DNA from: Octopus vulgaris
Lineage: Eukaryota
Length of the DNA: 64,000 bases
Direction of reading: 5' to 3'
Assembly: GCA_951406725.2 (NCBI GenBank)
Contig: OX597824.1
Location: 85,684,001-85,748,000, forward strand
The notes under the pieces are model-generated. The model had not been told where the DNA came from. It did not search any database and saw nothing but the letters and a program-made list of their open reading frames with translations. The position numbers were made by a program, and so were the translations under genes. Below are positions 46,301 to 60,200 of this stretch, in pieces; position 1 is the first letter of the stretch; each line of letters begins with the position of its first letter.

Positions 46301-47970
46301 TCCGTACTAGAGAGAGAGAATGAATCAGCGAGGTTAACTGTAAATATTCTTTGTTCTTCAAAGAGATGGTCGTAAGATACCACAACCACTGAATGTTGAT
46401 AGAACCATTTCAACAACATGTGATATAACAACAGAATATATATAACCAGATCAGATAGGTGATAGCTAAAAAGTTAAACTGCAAATTACGGGGTCAGGGA
46501 GTCCGAATCCTTCTGCTCTGCGGTGCATTGTGTCTGAAAGCAAATACTTCTCCCACAACTGCCACAGCTTTGTCATCACCATTGCCACCATCATCATCTG
46601 CTTTCCATACTAGCATGGGTTTGATGTTTTGACAGGATCCAAAAGATCAGATAACTGTCTTGCTCCATCTCAAAAACTTGCAGTAAAATTTTTTTTAAAT
46701 CACAAGGCGCAGGAGTGGCTGTGTGGTAAGTAGCTTGCTTACCAACCACATAGTTCCGGGTTCAGTCCCACTGCATGGCATCTTGGGCAAGTGTCTTCTA
46801 CTATAGCCTCAGGCTGACCAAAGCCTTGTGAGAGGATTTGGTAGACGGAAACTGAAAGAAGCCCGTCATATATATGTATATATATATATGCATGTGTGTG
46901 TATATGTTTGTGTATCTGTTTGCCCCCCACCCCACCAACATCGTTTGACAACCGGTGCTGGTGTGTTTAAGTACACATAACTTAGCGGTTCGGCAAAAGA
47001 GACCAATAGAATAAGTACTAGGCTTACAAAGAATAAGTCCTGGGGTCGATTTGCTCGACTAAAGGCGGTGCTCCAGCATGGCCACAGTCAAATGACTGAA
47101 ACAAGTAAGTAAAGAGAGTATCACAGTTAATGAAAGAAATCTCGTTAAATAAATTGACTTCAGCAATTAAGATTTTGTGATCTGGAATTTATTCTATCAG
47201 ACTCTTTTGCAAAACTGCTTAAGTTAGAGGGATTTTTATGTTTTATTTAAAACTTGTTTCAGTCATTAGACTGTGGCCACCACCTTGAAGAATTTTAGCC
47301 GAAAGGATCAACCCCAGTACATTGGTACTTATTCTACCAATCTCTTTTGCTGAATCGCTATGTTACACGGATGTAAACATACCAACACCATTTGTCAAGC
47401 AGTGGTGGAGGACAAACACAGGCACAAAGACACACACACATACATACACACACACACACACACACCACATACACACACGAGATAGCAATAGCTAAAAAGT
47501 TAAACTGCAAATTACAAGTCATGGAATTTGCTCTGCAATGCATTATATCTGAAAACCACACACACACACACAGATGCGCATGCACACTGCTTGACAACTG
47601 AAGATGGTTTGTTTACATCCCAATAACTTGGCAGCTTAGCAAAAAAGAGCAATTGAATAACAACCAGACTTGAAAAATATTTACTGGGAGTGATTTGTCC
47701 AATTAAAACCCTTCAAGGCAGTGCCCCAGCATGACCGTTATCCAATGATTGAAGCAAGTAAAATATAAAACTTCGGTTTTCTTGAGGTTGTAAATCTGAA
47801 CTGAAATTACACTGTCTGGGAAAAACTGACACATTGATTGCTGGTGGAATGTCTTTGATCATAGGTTTGCTTGATCAGGGCCAACCTAGGGCTGAACAAC
47901 ATCTCCAGTATATTGACGTTTATTATAGTCTTTGAAATGTTTTAGCAATTTTTCTGTCTTTCTCTCTCAG

Positions 47971-48073
47971 TTGGATCATAGATTCTAAGACTCCTGCTTA
48001 CTCCAATCCCTCCACCATGCTCATCAAAGCTCCCCGCCCCTCAGACACAGAAATCGTGGGCGGACAGCGCTGA
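47971..48073 (+). CDS. Candidate terminal exon of an unidentified plus-strand gene (WIIDSKTPAYSNPSTMLIKAPRPSDTEIVGGQR*)
   Basis: Strong polypyrimidine acceptor (tttttctgtctttctctctcag|), GC-richer open frame and UTR-like sequence downstream; no homology recognised. Confidence 0.3.
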
Positions 48074-48651
48074 AGACAAACAGACGCAATCAACAACAGG
48101 GATGTAAACAACGGCTGCAAGGAGGAGACGTGAATGCTACCAAAATACTACAACGATGGAAGGGAGGATGTACTTATAAATCAAGTAAGCTTAGTCTGAT
48201 TAAATAAGAATCACCATGGCAATGTTTCCCCCATGGTCTGGAATATATAGACAAAAAGGAAAGGAAAAGGAAAAGGATAAACAAAAAAAAAAAAAAAGAA
48301 AGAAGAAAACTAGAAACTAACTAACGGACACTTTCTCGGTCAGAATAACGCAAACTCAAAAGAAACGACTGGATATAGCAAGCGAGTAAAAATAGACGGA
48401 TCAATAAATATGTGCGGGATAAAAATAAATTCAACAAACTTCAACTGTAGATGAAGAGGACGATGATGATGGTGGTGGTGGTGATGATGATGATGAGGAG
48501 GAGGAGGAGAAGGAGGAAGAGGAAGGTGTTTGTGACAGTGGTGGGTAGTGATGGTCGGTTGAACTAATGGTCAGTTAATGTTTGGTCACGATAACGAAAG
48601 TGACAGCCAACTCATCATCTAGTCTGCTACGTTGGCTAAATAAATCCATCT

Positions 48652-48796
48652 AATATATATATATTTATATATACATACATACATATACATATATATATAT
48701 ACATACATATACATATATATACATACATACATACATATATATACATACATATACATACATACACATACATACATACACATACATATATATACATAC

Positions 48797-48827
<31 letters not shown>

Positions 48828-48960
48828 CATACATACATACATATACATATACATACATACATATATACATACATACATATACATACATACACATACATAC
48901 ATATACATACATACACATACATACACATACATACACATACATATATATACATACACATAC

Positions 48961-48991
<31 letters not shown>

Positions 48992-49150
48992 CATATATAT
49001 ACATACATATACATACAAACATATACATACATATATATACATACATATACATATATATATATATATATTATGTAAGCACGTATGTATAGTGTGCATGTGT
49101 CTGTGTGCATGCATGTATGTGTAAATATGCATGAATGAATGAATGGAAGG

Positions 49151-49182
<32 letters not shown>

Positions 49183-49295
49183 TATGTAAGCATGTATGTA
49201 TAGTGTGCATGTGTCTGTGTGCATGTATGTATATATATATATATATATATATGTAAATATGCATGAATGAATGAATGAATGAATGAATGGAAGGA
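48652..49295. repeat. Long (ATAC)/(AT) microsatellite with a local duplication of about 120 bp
   Basis: Direct inspection; explains the 302-aa Y/M/V/C ORF. Confidence 0.95.
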
Positions 49296-52200
49296 TGTAC
49301 ATACATATTTTTTCATTCACCCCACTCCTACCGTATTGAGCTTTTAATACAGGGTATTTAAAAATGAATGGTACAAAACAGAAATATACATGTGACTGTT
49401 GTAACAAACACATTGCAAAAATACTGTGTTTTTTTTTTTTGTACCATTCATTTTGAACTATCCTGTATATCTGTAGCTTGCAATAGGGTTGGATAGGTCT
49501 GCAATCTGCAATACAGCAACTCTCCATGCCTCCTCAGTCCTGTGTCATTTTCCACACACCAGCCAAACACTTTCAGGCCCGACCATCAATCTACTTCCAT
49601 CAATCACACCCCCTTTTAGCCTCTATGCAGCACTCATAAACATAACACAACAACACCGACATCTGTTCGCCTCTGCTGAATCAATCTTCCAATACCTTTA
49701 ATGTCCAGTTGCTTTCTTCTCACACTATTTGACCCAACCCCCTCATCATACGTTAATACTGCGTATCTATTGATCCGTACTCAACCCTCCCCTCCTCTGC
49801 TCTTATCAATCCTCTGTTTTTATCACCTATGTTTTAACTCTTAACACACCATGACATCATCGTCTCTTTAATTACTGCAGGTCTTCTACAATCGATGCCA
49901 TACAGCACAGCATCATTGATACCCACACACACATATACACCCTCCTCTAATCACTGCAAGCTTGCTGTTTTAATTGTCATACAATAGTATCTCACCTTTA
50001 ATCAGTATTTCAGGCCCTCTGCAATCACTATCACACGGCATTACACTTCTGGTGCATATACAATTTTCCTACCTACTTCAGGTCTTCGGTTTCCAATCAT
50101 CCTACAATATCATACATTTTTCTCCAATCTATGACATCACCACATTACACAAGCCAATGAGCAAACCCCCATGCAACCTGATGGCCTGCTAGAAATAGTA
50201 AATGAAATCTTTAAATCACACCCTAATGTCTTAAATAAGAAAAAAAAAACACACTAGAAAGTGTATATCTAGGTAATAAAAAATGCAAATGGAAAATATA
50301 AGATATAGCAGTCTATTTTTGGATGGATGCACTCTTCTTCATGCCTGAAGGATTTTGCTCATACTAACCTAGGACAAGATAGTGAAGATGCCGATGACCG
50401 CTCGGTTCAAAGTCTCCCTTGACCAGAAATGGCCTGAACTCTTTGCATGAACACCACCCTGTACATAACTCTATGTCCCCCTACATGGCCTTGCTTTTTG
50501 CTTTTTGAGCCAAAAAATTAACTTAACTTAACTTAACTTAACTCATCATTGTCGTCGTTGTTTTAACATCCACTTTGCCATACTTGCGTGGGTAGAATGG
50601 AATTTGTCGAGCCAGATTTTCTACAGCCAGATGCTCTTCCTGTTGCCAGGCAAGGTGATATTTCCCCATAATCAGATAAGTTCTCATGGAAGATTAGAAA
50701 CAAAGGACACCGCTTGCATGACAGTGAAACTCATTTTCAATCAGTACGGAAGGACAAAAACAGACACAAAGACACACGCACAAGAAACTTCTTTCACTTT
50801 CTGTCTACCAAATCCACTCACAAGGCTTTGGTTGGCCTGAAGCTATAGGAGAAGACACTTGCCCAAGGTGATACACAGTTTGACTGGACCCAGAAGCATA
50901 TGGTTGGGAAGCAAGCTTCTAACCACAGGGCCAATGAATGGCTATAAGGGGTCCACCTGAATGAAATAGGAATCAAAGGAGCCCATAGGCAAACGATGGC
51001 TCAGCACTACTGTTATAAACAGTAATAATAATAAAAATCCTTTCTACTGGAGGCATAAGGCCTCAATTTTGGAGTGAGGGAGGGGACTAGTTGACCCCAG
51101 TGTTTTCACTGGTACTTAATTTATTGACCCTGATGGGATGAAAGGTGAAGTTGACCGTGGCAGAATTTGAACTCAGAACATAGCGACAGGCAAAATACCT
51201 ATTTCTTTACTACCCACAAGGGGCTAAACACAGAAAGGACAAACAAGGACAGACAAACGGATTAAGTCGATTAGATCAACCTCAGTGCGTAACTGATACT
51301 TATTTAATTGACCCCGAACGGATGAAAGGCAAAGTTGACCTCGGCGGAATTTGAACTCAGAACGTAACGACAGACGAAATACTGCTAAGCATTTCGCCCG
51401 GCACGCTAACATTTCTGCCAGAGCCACAAGGATGAGATTTCCTTCAATGGCTTAAAATCTATTCTATGACTGATAATTTGAGTTCCGAAAGCTTAACGAA
51501 CTGTTTCAGTAATATTGAAAGTTCAATGACAGGGCAACGGAAAAAACAATGTTGACCTCAAGATCTGATGAATAAATTCCAGTAAAAGCTGAAGACCATC
51601 GCTGGCTATCGCTTTAAAACACACTGATGAGATGCGTGGAGTTGAGTTTAGATGAATCATCAGGAAACTAACTACAAAATCAAATAATCTATATTGGATC
51701 TGAACAGAATTAATCAGAAACGAAGTTACTTCAGATGATGGTAACTAGCTCCCTAGCAGCCTTGGTTGTTAATAATTAAGGCATATCTATTCTATTATAT
51801 ATATTATGAGATACAACAGAACAAGATGTTATGCACTCTACGCATAACTATCTTGGGTTCTCATTCAAATGAATATCAACGAACTGTAATACTATAACAA
51901 GCTGTGGTGGTGGTGGTGGTATCTACCATTTTTTGCTTTTTTATTTTCCCTGTTTATTTTGCTGTTGTTGTTGTTATGCTGATATAACATTAATGAATTG
52001 CAAATTATATCTGGTAAAAATTACATGTAAAGTTACACCAAAATATTAATTTCCTCTTGGAGATGGAAGGAGGGAGAAGAAGAAAAAAAATATATTAATC
52101 AATAATTATCAAGAATTTGTTGGTTTCTTTTTTTTTTTGCTTTTTTTTTTCTTGATTGTAATTTTTTTTTCATTTCTGATAGTTAAGTTTGTTGTTGTTT

Positions 52201-52869
52201 ACTGTTGTACTTCAACAAATTAGCAGTAGCTGGAGAGAGAGAAAGAGAGACGAAGAGAGAGAGAGTGACTTAACGGCTAGTTATTCCCTCATTTAAGATC
52301 CATCTATAAAATACAGCTCTAAGACTTCATTGTTCTGTAGCCCCAAGCGAGCACTATTTAAAGGCATTCCAGCCTTGACCATTCCCTCTCTTTGTTATTT
52401 TTATCCTTGTTTGGTTTTTCTTTTTTTTCATTAAGTAATGGTACACAACATTATTCTAAATATTTTCCCCTTTTTTATAAGACAATAGGGAGACGTTACT
52501 GTTATTTCTAGGCAGCCATGTGACCACACAGTAGTTCCCTCATTCTATGGTCTTTGTTGTTTAGCTTAGCTGGCCTGCCTGAATAAGTGGATAGGGGAGG
52601 GTAGCAACATGGATATGATATACTAATGAAGGCTGCAGTTATGTTGCCATAGCAACTGCAAAACATACGCACACACACGTTATATATCTAATAGAGAGTT
52701 ATTACATATATAACACACAAACACCACCACCACCACCAATACCACTACAACAACACGCTACATACCTAGACACACACTAGTAAGCATGTTAGTTGTGTAG
52801 GTGGACAAATTAAAATATTGTAACATTATAAATTCCTGCTATGTAGTCTTCAACAATTCCTAATATACT

Positions 52870-52922
<53 letters not shown>

Positions 52923-55900
52923 TACATACATACATAGGCACAGGAGTGGCTGTGTGGTAAATAACTTGCTTACCAACCACATGGTTCCGGGTTCATTTCC
53001 ACTGTGTAGCACCTTGGGCCAAAGCCTTGAGTGGATTTGGTAGATGGAAACTGAAAGAAGCCTGTCGAATATGTGTATATATATATATATATGTATGTAT
53101 ATGTATGTGTGTGTATATGTTTCTTCCCTCAATATCGCTTGACAACCGATGGCGGTGTGTTTATGTCCCCGTAACTTAGCAGTTTGGCAAAAGAAACTGA
53201 TAGAATAAGTACTAGGCTTACAAAGAATAAGTCCTGGGGTGTTTCATATATCTATATAAATATATAAACACACACACATACAAATATATATGTACCCCAG
53301 CATTTTTCTAACCTTTCTTTATAAGTTGACATTGCACATCAAATAGATCTTTGTAATAGATCTTTGCAATAATTCCTTATCTGTTTTGTCATGACCAAGA
53401 CAGTTACCTGCACATAGTGGTAAGGCTCCAGCTGGGAAGCTCAGCAGTTATGGAAAGTATGAATTATGCCTTAACTACTGCCACTTCCAGGAGAGCTCTG
53501 GCCTTGGGCAGCAGTGTAGATCAAGGACTTCAGTCATAGGTCAAATAGCAGGAGATCGTCCTGTTGTTTGTTTGTTCCTTCTCAAGCCACGCCTGGCTCA
53601 TTAGGGCCGGTTTCCCGGTTTCGTTGGCATATAGGTTCCTCACCTGATGCCGGTCCGTCGTACGTGAGCTGCAAGATGCAGGAGGAAAGAGTGGGAGGAA
53701 GTTGTGGTGAAAGAGTCAGTAGAAGTCTGCCATTACCTTCTTCTAGAGCTGCGTGGACCTTAGGTGTTTTCGCTCCTAAACACACACATCACCTGGTCTG
53801 AGATTCAAACCCGCGATCCCTCAACTGCGAATCCGCTGCTCTAACCACTAGGCCATGTGCCTCCATAGATGGTCCTGTGACTAAAGCACACAAATCCCAG
53901 ATGTCTGGACCCTAGAAATCAGTTATAAAGGCCCACCAGTGTGTGGACATGTCTCAGTGTCACAGGAACTAGTCCCTTTGCCTAAAGATTAAACAGGCCC
54001 TATTTCTCAAAGAGTCAGCTCAGGAGAGAAGAAGGGCACTAACAGAGCAAACTATTAATAAACAGGCAGAAAACAAAAAGAAACCATTTCTGCAGCTTTT
54101 CCAAGAAAAAGTTATGGCCTTCAGACTCTGACATAAAAATCCATAATCGCCTACGTCTGTAGGAATGGCACACGAGATGGTTGTGCTAATATAACTAATA
54201 CAGGCAAACATTACTATAAGAGAGAAATAAATAAGCAATGAAGGAGGGGGGGGAGAAAAACGATATGAATTAATGAACTCTCTCTTTACTCTTTTACTTG
54301 TTTCAGTCATTTGACTGCGGCCATGCTGGAGCACCGCCTTTAATCGAGCAACTCGACCCCAGGACTTATTCTTTTGTAAGCCCAGTACTTTACGGGGACG
54401 TAAACATACCAGCATCGGTCGTCAAGCATCGGTCGTCAAGCAATGCTAGGGGGACAAACACAGACACACAAACACACACACACATATATATATATATACA
54501 TATATACGACAGGCTTCTTTCAGTTTCCGTCTACCAAATCCACTCACAAGGCATTGATCGGCCCGGGGCTATAGCAGAAGACACTTGCCCAAGATGCCAT
54601 GCAGTGGGACTGAACCCGGAACCATGTGGTTGGTTAGCAAGCTACTTACCACACAGCCACTCCTGTGCCTCTATTTTATTTTTTGTTACCTTTTATTTGT
54701 TTCAGTCATTAGACTGTGGCCATGCTGGGGCACCACCTTGAAGAATTTTTTAGTCAAATAAAACCCAGTACTTACTATTTTTTTAAAAAATCTTGATACT
54801 TATTCTATCAGTTTCTTTTGCTGAACTGCTAAGTTACAGGGACATAAACACACCAATACCAGTTGTCAAGTGGTGATGGGGAACAAACAGACACAAAAAC
54901 ACACATATATAAATGGATATATATATATACACATACAATGGGCTTCTTTCAGTTTCCATTTACCAAATCCACTCACAAGACTTTAGTTGGTCCAAGGCTA
55001 CAGTAGACGACACTTGCCCAAGGGACCACATAGTGGGGCTGAACCCAGAACAATGTGGTTGGGAAGCAAACTCCTTGCCACACAGCCATACCTGTGCCTA
55101 TTAAATTTTTTTTTGTCAACAAATATCAAAAACATCTTCAAGCATGTTTCGGTCTTATTCTGAGCCTATCAGCAAAGCATAGCCTTCATCAAACTTGATC
55201 GTCTTTTGCAGTGATAACTCACAGTTCCACAATAATGGCCAGTCTGATAAAATATTCTTGTCTTCTCTACACAGTAGTAAAGAGAAGGCAGATGAGACAG
55301 AGAAGAACTCTCTACATGGTTGTTCAATTGCTAGAAACAGCAGGCAAATCTCCTTCAAAGTCCTTAATAAACTACATCTTGAGATATACAAGACAGAATC
55401 GGTCATGACTAAAGCACACATTTATCATAGGTCAGATTGAAGTAAGGTTGACCTGGGGCCAAACAATGGCCGTACAGAAGGTGTAAGCAACTACAAAAAC
55501 AACAAATTAAGCAGCTATGATGGTGTGAAAATATTAGAACATATTCTGACATTTATTATGAAATGTATATAAAAATATTGGAACATTTCCTACACTTTGA
55601 AGGTCAAACAGACTCTAACAAAATAACTATTAAAAACATTTATACCGTAAATCCTCGAGTATAGTCCACCCTTGAGTAATAATACGCAGGGGATTTTTAG
55701 GGAGCTGTACCTCTGAAAAACCTAAACCTTGTGTATAATACGCGCCCCTTCTCTAACTTGAGTCAAGGAGGTCTATATACCATCCTTAAAAGTTACTTAA
55801 AATAGGAAACATTGTGAGTATGTCTGATTAGTGAGAGAAGTTGCTGCTGCTACTACGGAATAATAATAAAAGTTTCTACTATAGACACAAGGCCAGAAAT

Positions 55901-56499
55901 GTAGGGGGAAGGGGACTAGTTAATTACATCGAGCCCAGTACTCAACTGGTATTTATTTTATCAACCCCCAAAAGGAAGAAAGGCAAAGTCGACTTTAGTG
56001 GAATTTGAACTCAGAACACAGAGACATACGAAATGCCACTAATACTTAAAGAACTATAAATAAGTACAGCAAATGTATTAAAATATATCGGTGGCACATA
56101 AAAAACACCATCCGAGCGTGGCCGTTCGCCAGCCTCGTCTGGCACCTGTGTCGGTGGCACATAAAATCACCCACTACACTCTCGGAGTGGTTGGCATTAG
56201 GAAGGGCATCCAGCTGTAGAAACACTGCCAGATCTGACTGGCCTGGTGCAGCCTTCGGGCTCCCCAGACCCCAGTTGAACCGTCCAACCCATGCTAGCAT
56301 GGAAAGCGGATGTTAAACGATGATGATGATGTATCAGAATGATAAAACAGTTTTTAAAAACAAAACTGTAACACTGAGAAACTTTAGTTATACCCGTTCT
56401 CTACCTTTTTTCACTTGCGATACGCTTATATTCTTTGCAAAACTGGGCAGCACACTTGAACAAAAAATTATATTAAGGATATTGTGGCACACCTTGCAT

Positions 56500-57220
56500 C
56501 GTCTCATGGCAAAAATTGCCAAGAAGGCTGAGGGCATCTTGGCATCACTTACCAAGTCCTTTGTGAGCCGCTCTCCGGCTATCTATCTGAGGCTTTATAT
56601 AGCTATGGTGCGGCCTCACCTAGACTTTGCATCACCGGTCTGGAACCCCTATCTTGCTCAGGATATTAATCGTCTGGAAACTGTTCAGCGACAAGCAACC
56701 AAGAGAATACCCTCCATCAGGCATTTGCCATATTCTGAACACCTTACCTCCCTCGGCATGGATACATTGAAACTCCGACGTCTGGCAGCTGACTTGGCAG
56801 ACACCCATAAAATTATTAACCATCTTACAAACAATAACTCTGAGCACCTTTTCAAACTCCACCTGTCTAACACCCGTGGACATATTTACAAAGTCAGAAA
56901 ACAGCACAGCTCCCATGACTTTCAGAAACATTTTTTTCACGCTAAGAGTTGCTGAAGTATGGAACAAACTGCCGGCATCAGTTGTTAGTTGTCGGAGCAC
57001 TGCATCCTTCAAAACTTCCATGCTTCCTGAGATTCGCCAACACTACACCTGATTTTCTCCCCTCCATACACACACAAGCATGTATCTGACTCATAAACTG
57101 TTCACTTTCCAGACATTTGTACATTACTGCATATGCTTTATACGCACTTTTAACAAGTTGTGGTGCACCTGAGCACTGTATACAATAATTTCATTATTAC
57201 TATTATTATTATTATTATAC
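56500..57220 (+). mobile_element. CR1-type LINE 3' fragment (post-RT region plus 3'UTR)
   Basis: LYIAMVRPHLDFASPVWNPY...LETVQRQATKRI...TRGH...VWNKLP; (ATT)n tail. Confidence 0.93.
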
Positions 57221-60200
57221 TGGTTGCAGAGTACTGAGTTACACCATGCTGATGACATTTTCCAGGGTACTGACACTTATACCTGCAGTACCTGTTATAG
57301 CTTGTGAGTAAAGTGCTACATACAGTTGTTGAATGGCAAAGGCAGGTCAAACATGAATACAACACACACACACACAATTATTTAAGTTATACAGATTTCT
57401 TATCTACTGACAAATCCATGTAAAATAAACAAAATGACTATAAATCACCAACGGCTGAAAATGATATCAGGAGTTTTGTTTTTCCCTCCTCAGCACTGGG
57501 ATTACCCTGTCAAATTTAATGCCTATTTATTCACATTGTTTTTAATTAATCATGCATTGTCTCTTAGCTTTGAGAGTTCAATGGTGTGATTGTTTATTTT
57601 TAGAATGAGGTTGTAGGGTAGGGGTGAGAAGCTGGATGTGGCCAGTTTGAATGTAAAACAAGTAGAAAATTTGGGCTCGATATGGCGAGAGGGTTAAACC
57701 ATCATCATCATTTGATGTCCACTATTCCATGCTTGCATAGGTCAGATGGAATTTGTTGCCTTTCATCCTTTTGGGGTTGATAAAATAATACCAGTTGAAT
57801 ACTAGTAATGAACCTAGTCCCCTCCCCCAACATTTCTGGCCTTGTGTCTATAGTAGAAAGGATTATCATTATTTTCTATGATTGGGTGCACTTCCTGTCA
57901 TCAACCTATGCCCATTTCTAAGTAGGGTGATATTTCATCATGACCAAACAGATCAGTTACAATATGGCTAACCCCTAAGGGCTACGAGCTACAGTAACAC
58001 CCACCCTTAGTGGTTAGCCGTATTGAGATGGCTAGTATACCTCACATTGTCGTGCAGTTACTGTTTACACCTCGTTCAGAGATTTATTATTGTTATGTTC
58101 CAAGTATCAGCTTAATAATGACAAAGTTGTTTTAAATTCTTTAATCATTTTCAAAAATTGAAACAAAGGCAGTATATTACCACAAAAACATGGTAGCAAA
58201 AGGATTTAAATAGAGCTGATGAAGAGTGTTCAATAACATTGATTTTATTATTACCACCTCTACCACCACCACCATCACCACCACTACACCCATACTTGCC
58301 TTGGTTTCTTAGTTATTAGGAATGTTTGTAACTGGTGTGCTCTCAGGGTCAACTACTTACAGTAGATCAACAGCCTATGTAGAGTATTCAAGACAAGAAT
58401 ACACACAAACATACAGATGTACATGTATATTATACAAGGTTTTGGTTGACTTAAAGGATTATGGTAGAAGAAACTTGCGCAGAATACTACACAGCAACAC
58501 GGAACCCAAGATCACATGGCTGGGAAGTGAGCTTCTTGGTCACACAGCCACATATGTACATATATATATATATATATATAAAATTATAAATTAGGGTATC
58601 TGAGAGATACCACCAAGCTGAAATAGCAGTCAAAACCTGACCCTAAAGCCACATTAAATGTTCATATAGCACTAGGAGAGTAGAGAGAGAGAGAGAGAGA
58701 CAAAATAGACTAGCGAAACAATTTTACTGGATAATTCCAGATCCTGGATTTCTGGCTTTGCATAAGAGCTGCTCTGCCTTCTTCAGTGGAATATACTCAG
58801 CACATAAATACAAATATATATATATATATATATATCATCATCATCATCATTTAACGTCCATCTTTCATGCATGCATGGGTAAGACAGTTAACAGGCGCCA
58901 GCTGAGCCAAATAGAAAACTGCCCTAAGCTATTATCTGTTTGGCATGACTTTTACACTCTGCAGAGTGGATTCAGTGCTTTTTACGTGGCACTAACACAG
59001 GCGAGGTTAGTTCCGGCATGATTGTTACAGCATGGCAATCAGACATTAAATCCAATTTATATGTACCTTTTATTGGTAACCTGGTTTAGTCAAGTTATGT
59101 TATTTATATAAACAATATGTTTAAATATAAATTTCTCAATATGTCTAAACATGCACAGTATTTCTCAAACACTTTAGAAGCAATGTTAGGTAAACTAACA
59201 CAAACAAAGTTAAGTCCTTATGCAATCATACAAATAGCAAACTTGTCTATAGTGTGTCATCATAACTGAGTAATAATAATATTTCATACATTAGATATCA
59301 CCGTGACCGACCAGGCTATCAGATTTTGCTACACATCACTGGTTACAATGCACTTCACATTGTTTTAGCCTTCAAATGACGACACCCCACTGGCTAAGCG
59401 AGCAGGCCAACAGAAGAAAGAGAGAGAGAAAGTTGTGGCGAAAGAGTACAGTAGGGATCGCCACCACCCCCTGCCGGAGCCTCGTGGAGCTTTTAGGTAT
59501 TTTCGCGCAATAAACACTCACAACACCCGGTCCGGGAATCGAAACCGCGATCTTTCGACCGCGAGTCCGCTGCCTTAACCACTGGGCCATTGCACCTCCA
59601 CACATTAGATATAGTGTGAGAAATATATACAAGTAAAATGGGGATACACAATGTATAGATCTTTCTTAAAAGTATTAATAATGTTAAGTGAAACACCACC
59701 AACAAGGAGTCATGAAATGAGGTAATTTTCTCTTGGATTGAAAGAAGTCGACCTCTTCACTTGGCCAATGACACTGTGTGCAACCTCGCACTCTATCAGT
59801 TACAACAAAGTGTGTTCCAGTAGAACCAGTCAATGGAAAAAGCCTGCTCATGAAATTAATGTGCAACTGGCTGAGTATTCCACAGACACACATACCTATT
59901 TCTTTACAACCCACAAGGAGCTACACACAGAGAGGACAAACAAGGACAGACAAAGGGATTAAGTCGATTACATCGACCCCAGTGTGTAACTGGAACTTAA
60001 TTTATCGACCCCGAAAGGATGAAAGGCAAAGTCAACCTCGGCGGAATTTGAACTCAGAACATAGCAGCAGATGAAATACCTATTTGTTTATTACCCACAA
60101 GGGGCTAAACATAGGGTGGACAAACAAGAATATACATGGGGATTAAGTCAATTACATCGACCCTAGTGCATGACTGGAACTTAATTTATCAACCCCGAAA

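Noticed and set aside
48619-49527. 302-aa ORF, the longest in the track
   Set aside because: Translation of an (ATAC)n microsatellite.
49480-49960. Possible highly decayed RTE LINE on the minus strand
   Set aside because: Only faint resemblance near the 3' end; cannot be supported without an alignment.
51624-51670. CTGATGA...GAAAC hammerhead-like string
   Set aside because: CTGATGA pairs with a downstream TCATCAG; extra bases before GAAA and no stem I or III.
52618-52668. ctaatgaagg...gcagtt/aactgc...aaaac hammerhead-like hairpin
   Set aside because: Both core segments are mismatched; too degenerate to support.
54020-54415. 131-aa hydrophobic minus-strand ORF
   Set aside because: It starts inside a family A SINE, and the remainder has no recognisable homology or consistent splice pair.
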